A stretch of DNA of 64,000 nucleotides, taken from the NCBI GenBank assembly GCA_965649825.1, contig OZ287694.1, forward strand, positions 1,611,197 through 1,675,196. The letters are read 5' to 3'. Shown here in pieces: positions 1 to 13,358 of the stretch (the stretch's first letter is position 1; each line of letters starts with the position of its first letter). The notes under the pieces are model-generated. The model was not told the origin of the DNA and made no database searches. It worked only from the letters and a program-made list of their open reading frames with translations. This stretch comes from Penicillus capitatus (Eukaryota > Plantae > Chlorophyta). The position numbers and the translations under genes are program-made.

Positions 1-480
1 ACCTTCCTGGTGGGATTTTCAGCAATCATTCATTTCGTTATTTCCTCAGTTCCTCATTGGGGCAAGATCTAGCATACAAATCTTTCGCGTCTTTACCTGG
101 ACGAGAAACGTATGAACAACATGAAATCTTGATGGTATTGTGAAGGAGTGTTGTCTGTACAGTGTATCCACGAGATCTCCTCACCGGAACTCTGTCTAGT
201 GCGTCAAGACTCTGAACGAAGTTGCGCGGTGTCCACAGAAGACCGACCTCGATTTCGAGATCGTTGAGATGTGGCACGGAGAGGCGCCGCTGCGCCGTTC
301 ATTCTGTGGTCACTGTGTTGTGCATCTCTTACCTCGAAGAGCTGGAAAGAGCAAAGCAGTGATAAAGGCATGGGGTTGTCAAGATCATAGCAATCTCTGT
401 CGAAGGAAAACACCGTTCCCTCTGAAGCGGCATGCGTCCTGGAGCGAGCGTCGTACTCTAATGTGGCTCATGTTTCAGAT
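1..480 (-). other. Degenerate gene-like fragment of unknown function, duplicated at about 25435-25760 and 26480-26650
   Basis: Clear DNA similarity to the second copy, with a shared donor-like site (TTCGAG|gtaa). The two copies differ by frame-shifting indels and no family is recognisable. Confidence 0.3.
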
Positions 481-641
481 TAAAGCGTCGAACTGATCGA
501 CAACAACTTCTGCCACTGATGGAAGGACTGGTTCATCGTATTTCTGACAAACATTAAAGCAACATTGCATGCCATCTGAGGATACTGAAGAAAGCAACGA
601 CTCTCAGCAAGAAATATTTTGACCGATACCCTTCTCCATCT

Positions 642-1902
642 TCATTCAATCTTCGTCTGCGTTCCTTGGAAGAGAATGGTCCCGTCTGATTCGTCCACGA
701 TGAAGTACAGAAAAGGACGATCGACGATGATGTTGAACGGGGGAGGAGAAGTGGAATAAGGAGCACACCCCTCTAATGCGGAGACCGTCTTCGCTGACGC
801 TTCCGTTCCCTACGCGACACTTCAGTCATCGCCGAGGCCGTAAAGAATCTCGACCTCTTCGTCCACAATGATCTTGGCCTTGTGAATGAATTCGGAGATC
901 TTCACCGGTGCAATACGAGAGATTCCGGAGAAATCCGCCGCAGACGAGAAGGCAGTCGACAGGCCGAGCTTGACAAGCATGTCTTTCAGAGGCTCTAGCG
1001 TCTGCTCCATTTCCCATTTGGGCATTTTGAGATCGTTGACCTTAAAATCGCGGAACCCACCGGCAAACAGTGAGCCGATCTGACTCAAGAGGCCCTCTTC
1101 TGCTGTCTTCCATCCGTCGCGCTTCTTCGGCAGCAGGACGTACATCGTGAATTCATCCGTGAATTCATTCGTAAATTCCTCTCTTTCGTACGGCATGGCA
1201 AACAGAAGGGCGTCCAACGCACGCACATCCTTGACGCGGACTTTCAGTTCGCTCAGCCACATGAAAGGCACCCTCTGGTCGCCACCGACTGCGTGAAAGG
1301 TTTCGTCTCTTGTCCTGTCTACGGGGAAACTCGTTGTCCAGTTTCCCTTGAAGAAGAAGGCGCTGGAAACGACGAAGTTCGTGTCGGTCGAGAGGCCTCC
1401 GGGTGGAAGGATATCCGGAATCATCCCGGCCGTTCTCTTATTCACCCATGCGTTGATTCGGACGCGGACGTCTTCGGAGGATCGACGGAAATCCACCGAT
1501 CTGACGTTGGCCGGCCCGACGTGCTTCACGTACTTTTTCCTGATTTTGACCGACTGCTCGACGTAGATGCGGTTCGCCATCTTCGCGACGGAGTCGCCCG
1601 AGTACGCTGTCGCCTTGGAGGAAAGGCTGCTTCTGACGCGTTCATCCTAGACACGATTCGTCAGCCAAATCGCACGTGCGAAGCAGCCAGCACACATCGA
1701 ATTCGAAGAGATTCTCGAGTTCGGCCTTGGTCTCGCCGCGAGCGCCGTTGTAGATGAGGAAGAAGCACATGGCTATGGACAGGGGCGAGAAGATGAGATT
1801 CTCGTCCACGTGCTGCGGCCTCCATTCGGACAAGATCTGCTGCCCAAAAACGTTCACCGATCCCGCCGGCGATAACGGTTCGCCGTCGACGATCGAATGC
1901 AT
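642..1902 (-). CDS. Serpin (copy 1), 3 exons
   Basis: ENLIFSPLSIA, MANRIYV, FFFKGNW, F-x-MPKWEM, HKAKIIVDEE|GTEAS and DRPFLYFI motifs. Two short GT-AG introns (after FEFD and after VDEE) restore a complete serpin ending TKIE*. Confidence 0.95.
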
Positions 1903-3142
1903 CCTGCACGAGTTCAGAAGAAGCGCCGCCGCAGAAAGGACAACACGAAGAGGGTGCGAGGACGGATAACAATCGCGACAGCCGGCTTTGTAACCTGCTT
2001 CTAACGCGACTTGGAAGCTACTACAGTTCCCCCGCGCGATGTGACTGCGCATCTGCCAGCTGTCCTTCGTCTGCAGCGACAGGCGCAGACCATAACGACC
2101 ACTCTTGCCCAAGGTCTCGTCGGTTTGTTGCCTGTCGCATTGCGACTGTAACGCGTCTGCTGCGCAGTTCGACGGGCGACGGGTCCAGCATTGTTGTGTC
2201 ACTGCCGAGGAATTGCCGTCGGGGCGAATGGCGGTCTGCCAGTACAGGAACCATCTGCTCCGTTCGCGCGCGGTGCTAAAGAACCCACAAAGAAGAACAC
2301 GATCACTTTCTTTGCTGTCCGATCTCTCAGGCCACACTGAATGGAGAAACGTTTAGGGAATCTGCATCGCTCCATCCACAGGTTTCGTGGCAGACCTGTC
2401 TGTGCGTTGAATACAGCTGATGAATGACCAAGAGGCCGAACGCACCTGCATTGCGAGCGCCATTCTTCTGCCGCAGTGTTATTCGTTGGGAGCTGCATCC
2501 TGCCCTAACTGAAACATCTGATCAGAGGGAAGATCTCTCTGCGCGTCGATTTCTTCTTGGCAAACACTTTCCGATTCAACTCTGCAGAGCGACAGCGATC
2601 GAGCAGGAATCGTCAACGGTGCCATCAGGAAGGAGATCGGGATCCCTGAATCGTGTGCGCTTTTCGTTCGAGTTGGATACGTGGTTTTAAGACAATCGAC
2701 ACGAACTTAAATACCCTTCTCTCAGAAAGGTGTCCCCGAGACATTGTAATGTTTGCAGGAAGCTGTGCCGAATGCAACTATCCAAACTGAATTTAGATGA
2801 ATGTTCTGCAGGTACGACGGACTGCCGTTTCATTAATGCTCTTCCGACGCATTACTGATCGGCAATAGCGACATGAGATAGAGAGTTTATGCTAACGATA
2901 ACAATACGGATCCTAATAACTTCGTTCCACATAAACAAAGGGAAAGCCCAGGAGGATTCTTTACTATACAACTGGTGGAAGTATAAATGATTGTGCAAGA
3001 CCTTCTTCGCACGGACTCGCCAGAAATTGTTGCTGTCATAGAATCTAACAGCAATCTATACAGCACTTGACAATTCCCTTTTAAAAAATCATGACAGACG
3101 ACGCTGAGCATTGCAAGTGTGGTGCAATGCTGCAGCAAAATT

Positions 3143-5613
3143 TCAATCAGTTGAAGCTGTTAGTTGATCAAGTTTCTCAAGGACGCGAACCAGATTGGTC
3201 TCTATCGTCTTCACGCGTTCGTCCAGTTGATGGATCTGTGTCTGTACGTTTTGAACCGTTCTCTGAGGCGGCTGAAACGGTTCGTTGCCATCTCCGACTT
3301 TGTTCAGCGCGCGATTTCCTTCCCCTTTTGATCTTTCTTCGTCCGACTTTGCCACGCGCACCAGGTAGTGGAAGTATCGTTGACGGTCCAGATCTCTGAG
3401 ATGAAATCTCCGAAACCAACTCTTCGCTCTCGCTTCTGACTTTCTCACCATTTCTGCACGTCTGCGATCGATGTCGAGCGTCCTACGGGGGAGGCCTGTG
3501 CATCCCAATGACAGCAATGGCTAAGGTGTTACTGAGAATTCTCCTCAGGAGGAACGAAACGATGAGCGATGTAGCGTAGAGTGGCGCCAGCCAACTCTGC
3601 ACGGCATTTCACCAGTTCTTCCTCCTCGGTGGATCGGACGCGGTTGTATGTATCGCCGAGAATAGCGATCAGCAGACTGAGCAGCACAATTCCGCCGACG
3701 AAGATGAAGCCGTTGAAGAGAAGCGATCTCCACACGCCGATGAACGTGTCCGTGGAGCGAAACACCTGCGAACAAACGCCGTGAGAGGTGTCAAGCATAA
3801 GAAGACGCACTTCCTCTTCAAAGTTCCCAACGGCGGCATGGAAAAGGATCTTGAGGACGCGGAAAAACGAGCTTTCGTCTTCGTGGCTGTCATCGTCTTC
3901 GGAGCGAGTGTCATTTCCCACTGTGCCATTTGCGTCTGCGCCGCCGGTCTCGTCGCTGCCGTCTTCGTCCCGGTAGAACTTTGGATTGAAGAGGACTCGG
4001 AAAGCGAAGGAGAATCCCACGAGTACAGAGGCTCCCAGGCCAGAGAACGGAACCACGGCCTTCATTGAGTACCTGGCCATCGAGACGAAATAGCCGATCT
4101 TGTCAAAGGGCACGAGGTCCTCAACCACCTGGATCCACATAGACAGTTGACAGTGATTAGACAGATCTGCCGACTGGCAGTCACAGAAGGGCTCACCAGC
4201 ATCCAGAAGAGAACGCAGCCGAGGGATGTCAGGAACGCGGAAAACTGGTCCTGATGCTCGGAGTGGAACGCATGCACTGTCAACAAGAAGCTCACCACGA
4301 TGTTGAGGATCCTACGTTCCACGCTGCCGTCTGTCCTTGTCTACGGCATTGACGCACTTGATCATCGAATCTCTGATCGGCAGCGTCGCCAACGGCAAAG
4401 CAAACGACAGCAGGATCGAGAACCGTAGGAGCCGCTCGTCTAGTCCGCTCGGTTCTTCTCGCCGCAGACCGTAGGAGGCAGCGAAGAATGAGAAGAAGCC
4501 AGCGGCGAGCACGTCCACGATCAAGAGGAACAAGAATCGGCCGCAGAGCGAGTAGAACATCCAGTTGGTGAATGCCTTCACAGACTCGGAGTTGAACACG
4601 TCCAGACGAAGATTGGATGTCGACAGCATCCGCAGGACATGATTCCACCCAAGCGTCGTATGGGGCGTTGAACGAATGCCGACAGTATTCGAGCAGGCCT
4701 TCTTCCGGACGAAGTGCTGATCGACGCAGAAGAATTTCGCGATCACGTCGACCTGGAAGTCCGATGTCTTGGCCATCTCTGCGGCGTACTCTTCGCTGTT
4801 GCGCATCCAGAAGTCTTTCGTTGCGGCACTGTTCGGCATTGTCCAGTCGTCCAAGGCCTCGTTCGTCGTCATCGCGATCGGACGTCTGCCATTCTTCTCG
4901 AACAGCGTGTAGGGCACACTGAATCTGCCGTACTCGAACGCGAACTTGTCGCTCTCTAGGTAATCTGCCATGAGATTCGGAAACTTCTTGACCAAAGGGA
5001 TCAGGTAGTTTGTCAGAATGACGCAGGATTCGTCAACCGACAGGCGCTTCTCTATTAAGTAGTCCATGACGAACGCCGCCACGTCGACGGACCCTTTCTG
5101 TATGGCCCAGTCCAGAGTGGGACAGGAGCCCTTGTTGATCTCGACGAATCTGCTGCGATCTCTGGCGTAGTCTAGCAGCAGTCCTGCACTGTCCAGCTGT
5201 TGCTGAACGATGGCATCGCACAGCAGAGGGATGTCATTGCTGTTGACGGCGGTGATGACGCTGATGCCGTAATGCGAGATCAGCCTGCACGAACACACCC
5301 TGTCTGTCATTTCATTCTGTCAAGGCAGTCATGTCATACGTTGCCGTCGTCTCTGCCATCCAGAGCGGAACTGAGATGACGGCATCAGTTTCGACGACAG
5401 GGCAGCTGCGGACGGTCGGCCCTGCGCAAAAGACTGTAAACAGAACGTCAGAGCCAGCGTGTATAGAACGCGACTTTTGAAGATGCCAGTCGGCTTCCGG
5501 TTCTCTTTGGTGAATGTTTGTGTGTTCGGGACTGGCACCGATGGCTGGCGTCCTAGGTAGAGGGAGAGCTCCACGTCTTCAGAATGTCCGGAAGAACGGT
5601 CGTCCGTGTTCAT
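3143..5613 (-). CDS. TRP-like ankyrin/6TM cation channel (TRP-1), multi-exon
   Basis: Ankyrin-like PLLCDAIV/TLDWAI repeats, hydrophobic S1-S4, S4-S5 linker FDKIGYFVSM, pore KILFHAAVGNFEEE, S6 LLSLLIAILGDTYNRV, YFHYLV motif and coiled-coil tail. Exons join with GT-AG introns. Confidence 0.85.
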
Positions 5614-6183
5614 CGCGCTGTCGAGTGGGTTAACGCACGAGGAATGCGTGTGCGCTGCAAACGCTTAGCTTTCGAGATGCGGAAAAGATATAAAGATGAG
5701 GTTTGATTCACCGGCTTAGACGGATCTGGCCTTTAATGGTCGAATCGTCTGATCTGGTCAGTTACCGCATCTCTGCGCATCAGATGGAGCAGAGCTTCTC
5801 ACCAGCAGCCTACTGACTAGATGAACGGGCCTGTGCCACCGTTGACACCACATAGTGCAGGAGCAAAACGATGTTTCAAAAGAAAGTGAACAGACAGGCG
5901 AAATCGATAGAATTGACGAAGGCGCATATGATACATGATGCGGGATGCTTCTGGTCGGCACCCGATAGGAGGTGACGTGGACACAACGTGATGCGACTAC
6001 GTGGCACGCATCAAAGATCGTCTTGAAATGACGTTGAGCCGTCGAGTTGATGATACTGGAAGGTAAGATTCCTCTAGTTAGCTTCCTCTTAGACGAAGGA
6101 TTCATCTGAACGCAATAAACCCGCGTCTTAGAGAATACCCACGACAACTGCATGTTTCAATGGGGCGGAGGTTGAGTAGATGT

Positions 6184-7670
6184 CTACAAGTGAAAGGCGT
6201 TTTCGTGCCGTTTGTCTCCCTTTTTCAGAGGTGGATCTTCGACGCTCATGATGAGCAGAGCGCCTAGAATTCCAAATGCCAGTGTATCCGTAAACACATA
6301 CTGGATCATGGGGACGAACGAGGCAGTTGCATTCAGGGATCTCTGATAGAATAGAATCTGGAAGACAGCAATGTCACCGACAGCGCGAAAGAACGGCATC
6401 TTCACTCACAGTCTTTCAGAAAAATGCGCACTCTATTGCAACAACCACGGCGGCGACACGATGTGGGGCTCCGAAGGATCGCTGCCTCTTTCCTGCAACC
6501 AAAAGGGCGTCGGTCTGGAACTGAACGTGGCTGTATACAAAATTGCCTAAGACACTCGCAAACAGCAACACTCTTCCACTTCCGTCGCTTTCCTGTTGTC
6601 ACGGAAAGAACAGCGCCTAGTTCCATCACGTCCGTCTATACACGTAGACCTTCTGAGCTCCGTCATCCGAAATACACCACGCTGTCACATCATTCGGCGA
6701 TTTATAGCTATCAGAGAGCCGTGGATAGACAGCGCGATTCCACCCCTGATAAACGACACATCGCGTCAACGTCTCGTTTTCGTCCACAACGAAAACAGAT
6801 TGGAGAGAGCTGCGTAGAGCACAATGAACTGTGATGCATCGTCGTCACAGAATCCAAGATCGACGGCTTTTGTTCGTTTCGGATACGCCAACGACAAGGC
6901 TCACGAAATCCATCCGTCCCCCAGACCCAATGACATCATGCGCATGGCACCTCAGCGGCACACGATTGCGTCTGTTCACGGAAGATCGCCATGGTCATCT
7001 GTGATAAGACGTGTGGCATCGCTCGAGAGGCAAAAACAGCAATCTTCTCCCAAGACATCCTCAGCAGTCGGTCCGACAACAGCGAGGTATCGGCTGCCGT
7101 TACGCTGCTTACTAAGAGAGTCTGCCGTAACGCGGTGGAAGTGAAGCTGAGAGCAGACGGCGTGTCTTCGACAGTGATTGTCTTCTCGTGCCGCTCGTGA
7201 CGTCCAGGGTGATGCTTGATGAAGTGGAGGTCGACGAGTGTGCGGTATGATGTGAGAATGGATTCTTCTGGCGGTCGTTTCGCATTGTTGGTACGTTCCA
7301 CGACATGAAGGCCAGAACGTCGAACACGGGTCTGCGCGTTTTGCCGCTGTCGTACACGACATACGTGTTGTCAAATCAGTAGCTCGTCAGTCACATCAGA
7401 GAAGTGAAGAACATGATGGTTCGGGATCCAGATGATCTGACGTACTCCTCAATCGATTCACCTTTTGAGCGAGTCGAGCGATTTTATTGAAGATACGACA
7501 GGAATGCCGAAGCGACGGTTGGTGTCGTCTCGTGAAGTATTGACGTGTCGAGGTAACCCCGATCGATAGCGCGACGGCACGGATGGATCGTCGAAGGGAC
7601 AGTGCTGTACGTGACGTCAATGTCATCGTTCAAGCCGAATCAGATGCCAACAATGGACGACTTTGGCATA
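6184..7670 (-). pseudogene. Divergent TRP-like pseudogene truncated in S5
   Basis: S4-like IECAFF*KT has TGA (6416-6418) at a Trp conserved in paralogues. The next exon ILFYQRSLNATASFVPMIQYVFTDTLAFGILGALLIM matches the S4-S5 linker, then ends with no pore or S6. The 5' limit is approximate. Confidence 0.6.
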
Positions 7671-8021
7671 CGCTTTCTCGCCTCAGTAACGCTACGTTTA
7701 GAAATCATGTATTGTTTCGTACAAGACAACTGACAACTGCCGAAACGGCACCCGCCATACACTTCTAACAAGATGTACGATATAAGAAAGCTTTTTCGGA
7801 TGAAACGAGCACAACGCTAAAAGCTGCACTCTGTCACAACTTGAATAAAAACGATACAAACCGCTGCCCATTCCTTTCCGTTTATACAAGTCTTGTCGCG
7901 GCTTAATAGACGACGACGCGGTGCGTTCAAAGGCGGTAAGAATATGACGATTCGGGTGCATTTATTGGCCATGCACGCATTGCAATGTTTCGTGGAGAGG
8001 ATACTAAAAGAACCTTGAACG

Positions 8022-10542
8022 TCAATCGCGGGTCGCTTTAGGTTGACCCAAGGGACAGTGGCTGCGGGGGCTTCTGTCCGATAGCTCCTACCAGAAGATC
8101 GATAGCCTTCTTCATGTTCTCCAGTTGCCCTTCTATGCTGACCAACCTGTCTGTCAAATTCTTCGAATTCTCTTCACACACTGCAGCACATAACGTCGCT
8201 GATAACTTGAACTTTCGCTCCCGACACGTAAATGGATCTCACCTTTCAACACTTTTTCGTTCTTCTGCGCCTCTGCCGTGATGGTCCTCTTCAGCGACAT
8301 GTGTCTACCCTCCCACTCATCACTGCCAAGTTCACTTTCTTCGTCGCTGGCTGGCACCAGGAAATGGAAATACACCCCGTCGAGGAATTCCAAGTCTCGA
8401 CTGCTGGTACGCGATCCCTCGCTGTGTGGCGTGTTTTTGAGAATGCCAAAGTCTTTGGCGTGTTGTGTCCTGCCGTGCAACACAAGCGTCCATCAGCTAA
8501 CGGTTCCGAGAGTCTGTGGTCTTTATGATAGACGTACACTTGTTGTGCGTTGAGGATCGAATTGGACCGAAGTTGGAATTTGGCCACGATACGCATTCGG
8601 AGCTTCGTCAACTCTGCTTTCTCGACCGATCGAACTTTGTCATACGTATCAGTCAAGATCGCAACGAGCAAACTGAGAAGCACAACGGGTCCGATAAAGA
8701 CAAAAGAACCGAACAGAAGGGTAGCCCAGATGACAAGAACGCCACTCGACGGTCGAAACATCTGCACCGACACATCACAGAGATAAGAGCAGATGTATGA
8801 CAACGTACATCCACTTCGAAGTTCCCCGTGCCTGCGTAAGCGAGCGTCTCGAAGGCACGCGTAAGGGTCGTAAAATGCTCTCCTTCTTCGTTGATGAACC
8901 TCTCTTTGAAGAGCACGACGAAGGCTGCGGAATAGCCAAAGATGATCAGGACGCCCAATACCAAGAAGCTTATAGAGTCCATCACTGCCGAATTCACCAT
9001 CGATATGATGTGACCCGTGCGGTTGAAGGACTGAAAGGAGCGAAATACCTACAATACATAACACAGGCACACATTATGTGCGTGAGATGATGTTCAAGGG
9101 TACCAAGATCCATTGGAGAATGCACGTGATCGATGTGAAGAAGGCAGACGATTCGATGTAACGATCCCAGATCCAGGTATGAACAAAGAGCACCACTTCA
9201 ATGCACATAACAACCAACCTGTACAGGACCACCTCGATCTGGATGCATTCTTCGAAGGATGTTACGATGCTTGCCTCAAGTGTGAGTGGTAGCAGATGTT
9301 TCCCAGGAGGTGTGATACAAGTACCACGACCATCAGCCCACCCCAGAACAGATGATCTGTGACGCCACCGAACACGTCTCTACCATAGAGCCGAGCGAAG
9401 CCGGTGAACGCCGCGGTCGATATGCAATCCATCACAATGTTTATCCAATACTTTGTGCGAAAGAAGCGAAACCACCACTCCGTCATGACCTTCAGCGTCT
9501 CAGATTCGAATCCACCCACTGGTAGATTCTCAAGGAGGCATTGACAGAGATGCTGCTGCTTCCTGTTGACAAACAAGCTGAGACAGTGAGGCAGCTGGTC
9601 ATTGGATGGGACCTTGTTTTTCGGCAGTTTGTGTTTTGTCCGATACAGAAGAACTTGGCAACGGCCGTGACGTGCATGTCAGAGGCGTCACGGAGATTCA
9701 AATCTCTCTTGGCGCAGTTCTCGGTCCAGAAACCCTTTGCCTCTTGGCTGTTCATGCTCTCCCAACTATCCAGTCTCTTTCGGACGATCATGGCAACGGG
9801 AAGTCCGTCAGTTCTGTTAAAAACCGACCGCTGTACTGGGAATCTGGCGTACTCCACCGTAAAACGGTCCCGTTTCAGGAAGTCGCTGATCAGCTTCGGG
9901 AGCTTCTCACTGATGGCCTGCAAGTGGGTCTCTAGTAGATAACATGTTTCTTCGACAGACGCATATTTCTCCGCCAGTTTTTCGAGAATGAATCGGACTT
10001 CCCTGTCCGCATCGTGCTCGATGGCCCATTTCAGCAGATCGCTGTTTCCGTGGCGGAACTTCACTGGAATGCCTTCCTTCTTTGCTTCATCGACGATTTT
10101 GCATGCGCAGTCGAGTTGACGCTTTCTGATGGCATCCCAGAAAAGCAGATCTCCGTACTCATCGACAACATTCGTCACACGTCCGCCGTACTTCAACATG
10201 AATCTGAACACACCAGACTGTCGCCGACACTGCAGAGTCAGAGGGATGCACACTGTTGTGTCAACGTCGGTGTCCATTCCGTCGGACGTTTTTCCTCCGG
10301 ATTCGCCGGGGAGCCGGTGCGTCTTGCTGCGACACCTGTGGAAAGGGGCCCGAATGTCAACGTCGCGTTTTCGAATGCGGAATAGAGAGCAATGAGTGCT
10401 GTTCCGTTGTGCACGCACCGCTTGCTGCCGCTGCCGATGATGTTGCCATCCACCGCGTCATCTCGATGCCTGCCGAATGCTTCTGTCCCCGAAGGAGATG
10501 TTCGGACGCTCTCTCACTCTTTTCGCCGTTTGTCGAAGCCAT
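8022..10542 (-). CDS. TRP-like ankyrin/6TM cation channel (TRP-2)
   Basis: LLFWDAIRK, LLKWAIEH, VAKFFC, FESETLKVMTEWWF, pore FETLAYAGTGNFEVD, S6 LLSLLVAILTDTYDKV, YFHFLVP and W-E-GR tail. Confidence 0.85.
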
Positions 10543-10861
10543 AATTCCAAAAGACGAGGCGCTTGTGCTGGTCTTTAAAAACGAAGTCTCCAAAGTCGCA
10601 ACGTTAGACTGACTGAAAAACAACGAACTCTGATTACACAACGCATTTTATACCAAGGTTTCGTTCGTTAAATGCTGCTACACTACCGGCCGGCTGCCCC
10701 ATGGGTCCTTCATGACAGCGACGTGTCTTTCGAGATGCATTCCGCATTGCGCAATCAAGCGTTGTCAAAGCAGGTTACATGGAAAACGCGTTCCGTTTTG
10801 TTCACAAACAAGATTCACACAAAACAGACAGACAATCCTTTCAGTTAATCTCTTTCACCTT

Positions 10862-11991
10862 TCAGTCACTGGGCGCCTGCGTCACACTCTCATGCATGCA
10901 TCCTCACTCTATCTCACACTTTACTTGATTGTAACGGACAGAGTCTTACTGTCCTTTTTTCTTTTTTTCGCGCTTTGGCTTCGGCCGCAGCAATCCCGAT
11001 GCATTTCCGAGAACTCTTTTCGTCGATTTGCTCTTCTCTAATTTGCTCCTTATCTGGCCAGGAGTCAATGCTGCGCCCTTGTCGTCTGCAGCTTCCTCGG
11101 TCACACTTTCCTCGGTGAGGTTTGTGTGATCATCTCTTCTGTCCCAGCAGTACTTCCTTTCTCCCGATTCTTCTTTTTTTGTTGCTCGATGGATCTGCAT
11201 TTTTGGCATTCTCGTTAACGTCGATGCCCAGGCTGGCCAACTGTCCATCGAGATCCTCCATCTCCTTCTTCTTCAGCTCCTGCACACCCAACCAACAGAA
11301 ATCCAGTCTTCGCAGAAGTGTGACCACCCATCCGTCACACCTGTTTCGAGACTTTGCGTTGCGGCTGGACGTGATACTTTTTTCGATGTTTCTCCAGCAA
11401 CGCCGACTCCTCTGCCACCGCACGAACAAACATCGCACACTGTACAATGCAATGCTCCGTCGACGCACCCGCCGACGGTTCTGCGTTGGTTTTTTCTTTC
11501 TATCTCTCCTCTTGCTCCTCATGATCGTCCTCCGGACCCAGTTCCACGCCAAAGTGCGCTTGCAGATCAATCTCCTGCATCGCAGCATCGCCTCATCTGA
11601 TCGCATCGCCTAACCCCTACCTCTTCACTTTCGCGGAGGTCTGTTTGAAGACTCTTCCCATTTGACACATCGGCACTCATCTACAGTCACATCGCCGACG
11701 GTTCTCGACCCATACATGCCTCTCATCTCTCACGTACACTCCTGGATGTGACCCCCATTCATCATCATCTGCCCAATCGCTCACATTGGACGGTCTTTGA
11801 CACAGACTCCATGACAGACATCGCATGGGCGTCTCTCTGCAGGTCAAGTCCAACTGGATATCGCCTGTTCGAGGCGCAAGTCTGTTCCGTCTTGGCTGCG
11901 CCTTTCTTCTTACTTCTTTCTCTTCTGGTTTCTTCTTTTTAACTGTTCTGGCGCTGAGGACTTCAAATGCGCTGTTCAAGTTCAACTCCAT
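10862..11991 (-). CDS. Conserved green-lineage low-complexity hypothetical protein, apparently frameshifted near the C-terminus
   Basis: Motifs MELNLNSAFEVL..KKKK, SDWADDDEW, ELKKKEMEDLDGQLASLG, AAAEAKARKK and spliced RYNQ|APSD* resemble a conserved plant/algal family recalled from memory. The C-terminal motifs lie in different frames around A-runs. Confidence 0.55.
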
Positions 11992-13358
11992 ATCTAAGAC
12001 GCCAGCGACGGAGTCTCGAAAATCGTGCATAGCGTCGCTGAAGAGACAAAACGACAGTGGGAAAACGCGCAAAGCGTGAATCGATGCGGACGGAACGACA
12101 GTCGAGTTGGGAAGCAGTGGCCTTTGCTTGATGACATGATGTGACGTTTCTGTTGTGTTGGCGCGACATAAGGGTATGTATGGCCTTTACAACGCACAGC
12201 AGCAAAACAGATGCCATTCCCGGGACGCGACAGATGTGGAAGTTTAGAGCAAAAATCCTTCATTTTCGAGTCGATACGCATCGACCTATAGTGACTTGTT
12301 TGTTTGCAGATAATGGCGACAGATACAGTCCGGCAGTGTCCACCAGAACTGTCTCGTACTAACAAGGACGGGTCATCGTGGACTAAAAGACAGGTACATG
12401 ACGGGACATTTTCGCGCTATTGTCTCGGTTTGCGCGCAGGCCACAGCATAACGTTCGTCGAAGAGCAAAGTGAAGCGACGTTCGCGAAAAGAGTAGATTC
12501 GCCGACCATCCGAGAAACCTGCAGTCGCGAGGCCGTCGACCGTAAAGCTGTGGCAGTCAGTTTCGCTCTCTGCCGTGCCATCGTCTGGGCGAACCGATCT
12601 CTTTTCCCGACGATCTCGGCAACTTTCTGGAGCGTTTATCTAAACGTTGAATCGTTCCGCATTGTTATCCTAGAAAGCGTTTGTAAGATGACTCTTGTAG
12701 ATCTCCTTCGGTTAGAAAGTGGTGCATTCGAAAAACACCAGTGGCGATGCCGTCGATAACGAGTCACAGCAAAGTCGACTCGCACTACTCTTCGCGAAGG
12801 CGAAAGGTAGAGATCAACTGCCAGTTGACAAGAACCGGTCCTTAATCTTCGCTTAATCGTTGTCGAACAAAGCTCTTTGCTCCGAAGCCGCAACCACCGA
12901 GATTTGACTCCTCAGTGTTTGCTGGCACGAGAATCAACGATCGGCCTCAGACGACGACCGTAAGCCAGAAGCGCCTGGTTAGACGAGAGCGAAAACTGTC
13001 CATTTATTCTATAGACCAACCTGAGGGTTATTTTCGTCAGCGCGCTCTGCAGGTTCACGCGAAAAGCATTAGGCGACAGCTCAGAATGTTCGTTTACCCA
13101 CTGACTGACCTCTCTCCGCAATGGAGAGGAACGACGAATAAGTACGCTGCGAGTGATACATGCAAGAACAGTTTCGTAAGGGAAAGGCAATAAGGAACGC
13201 ATCCGTCAGTCTACCAACAAACAAACATTTACAGGACATTCCGAATAGAGCGTGACACAACTATTATTCGCTAACGAGTCTCACTTATTCATACGAGTCT
13301 AAGAATCTTCAAATGAGAATCTGTGCTGAAAAGATAATCGGATGCTTCTGAAACGACT

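Noticed and set aside
1293-1757. Plus-strand ORFs over the serpins (also 18704-19267 and 27445-27948)
   Set aside because: Antisense shadows of the serpin coding strand with no independent motifs.
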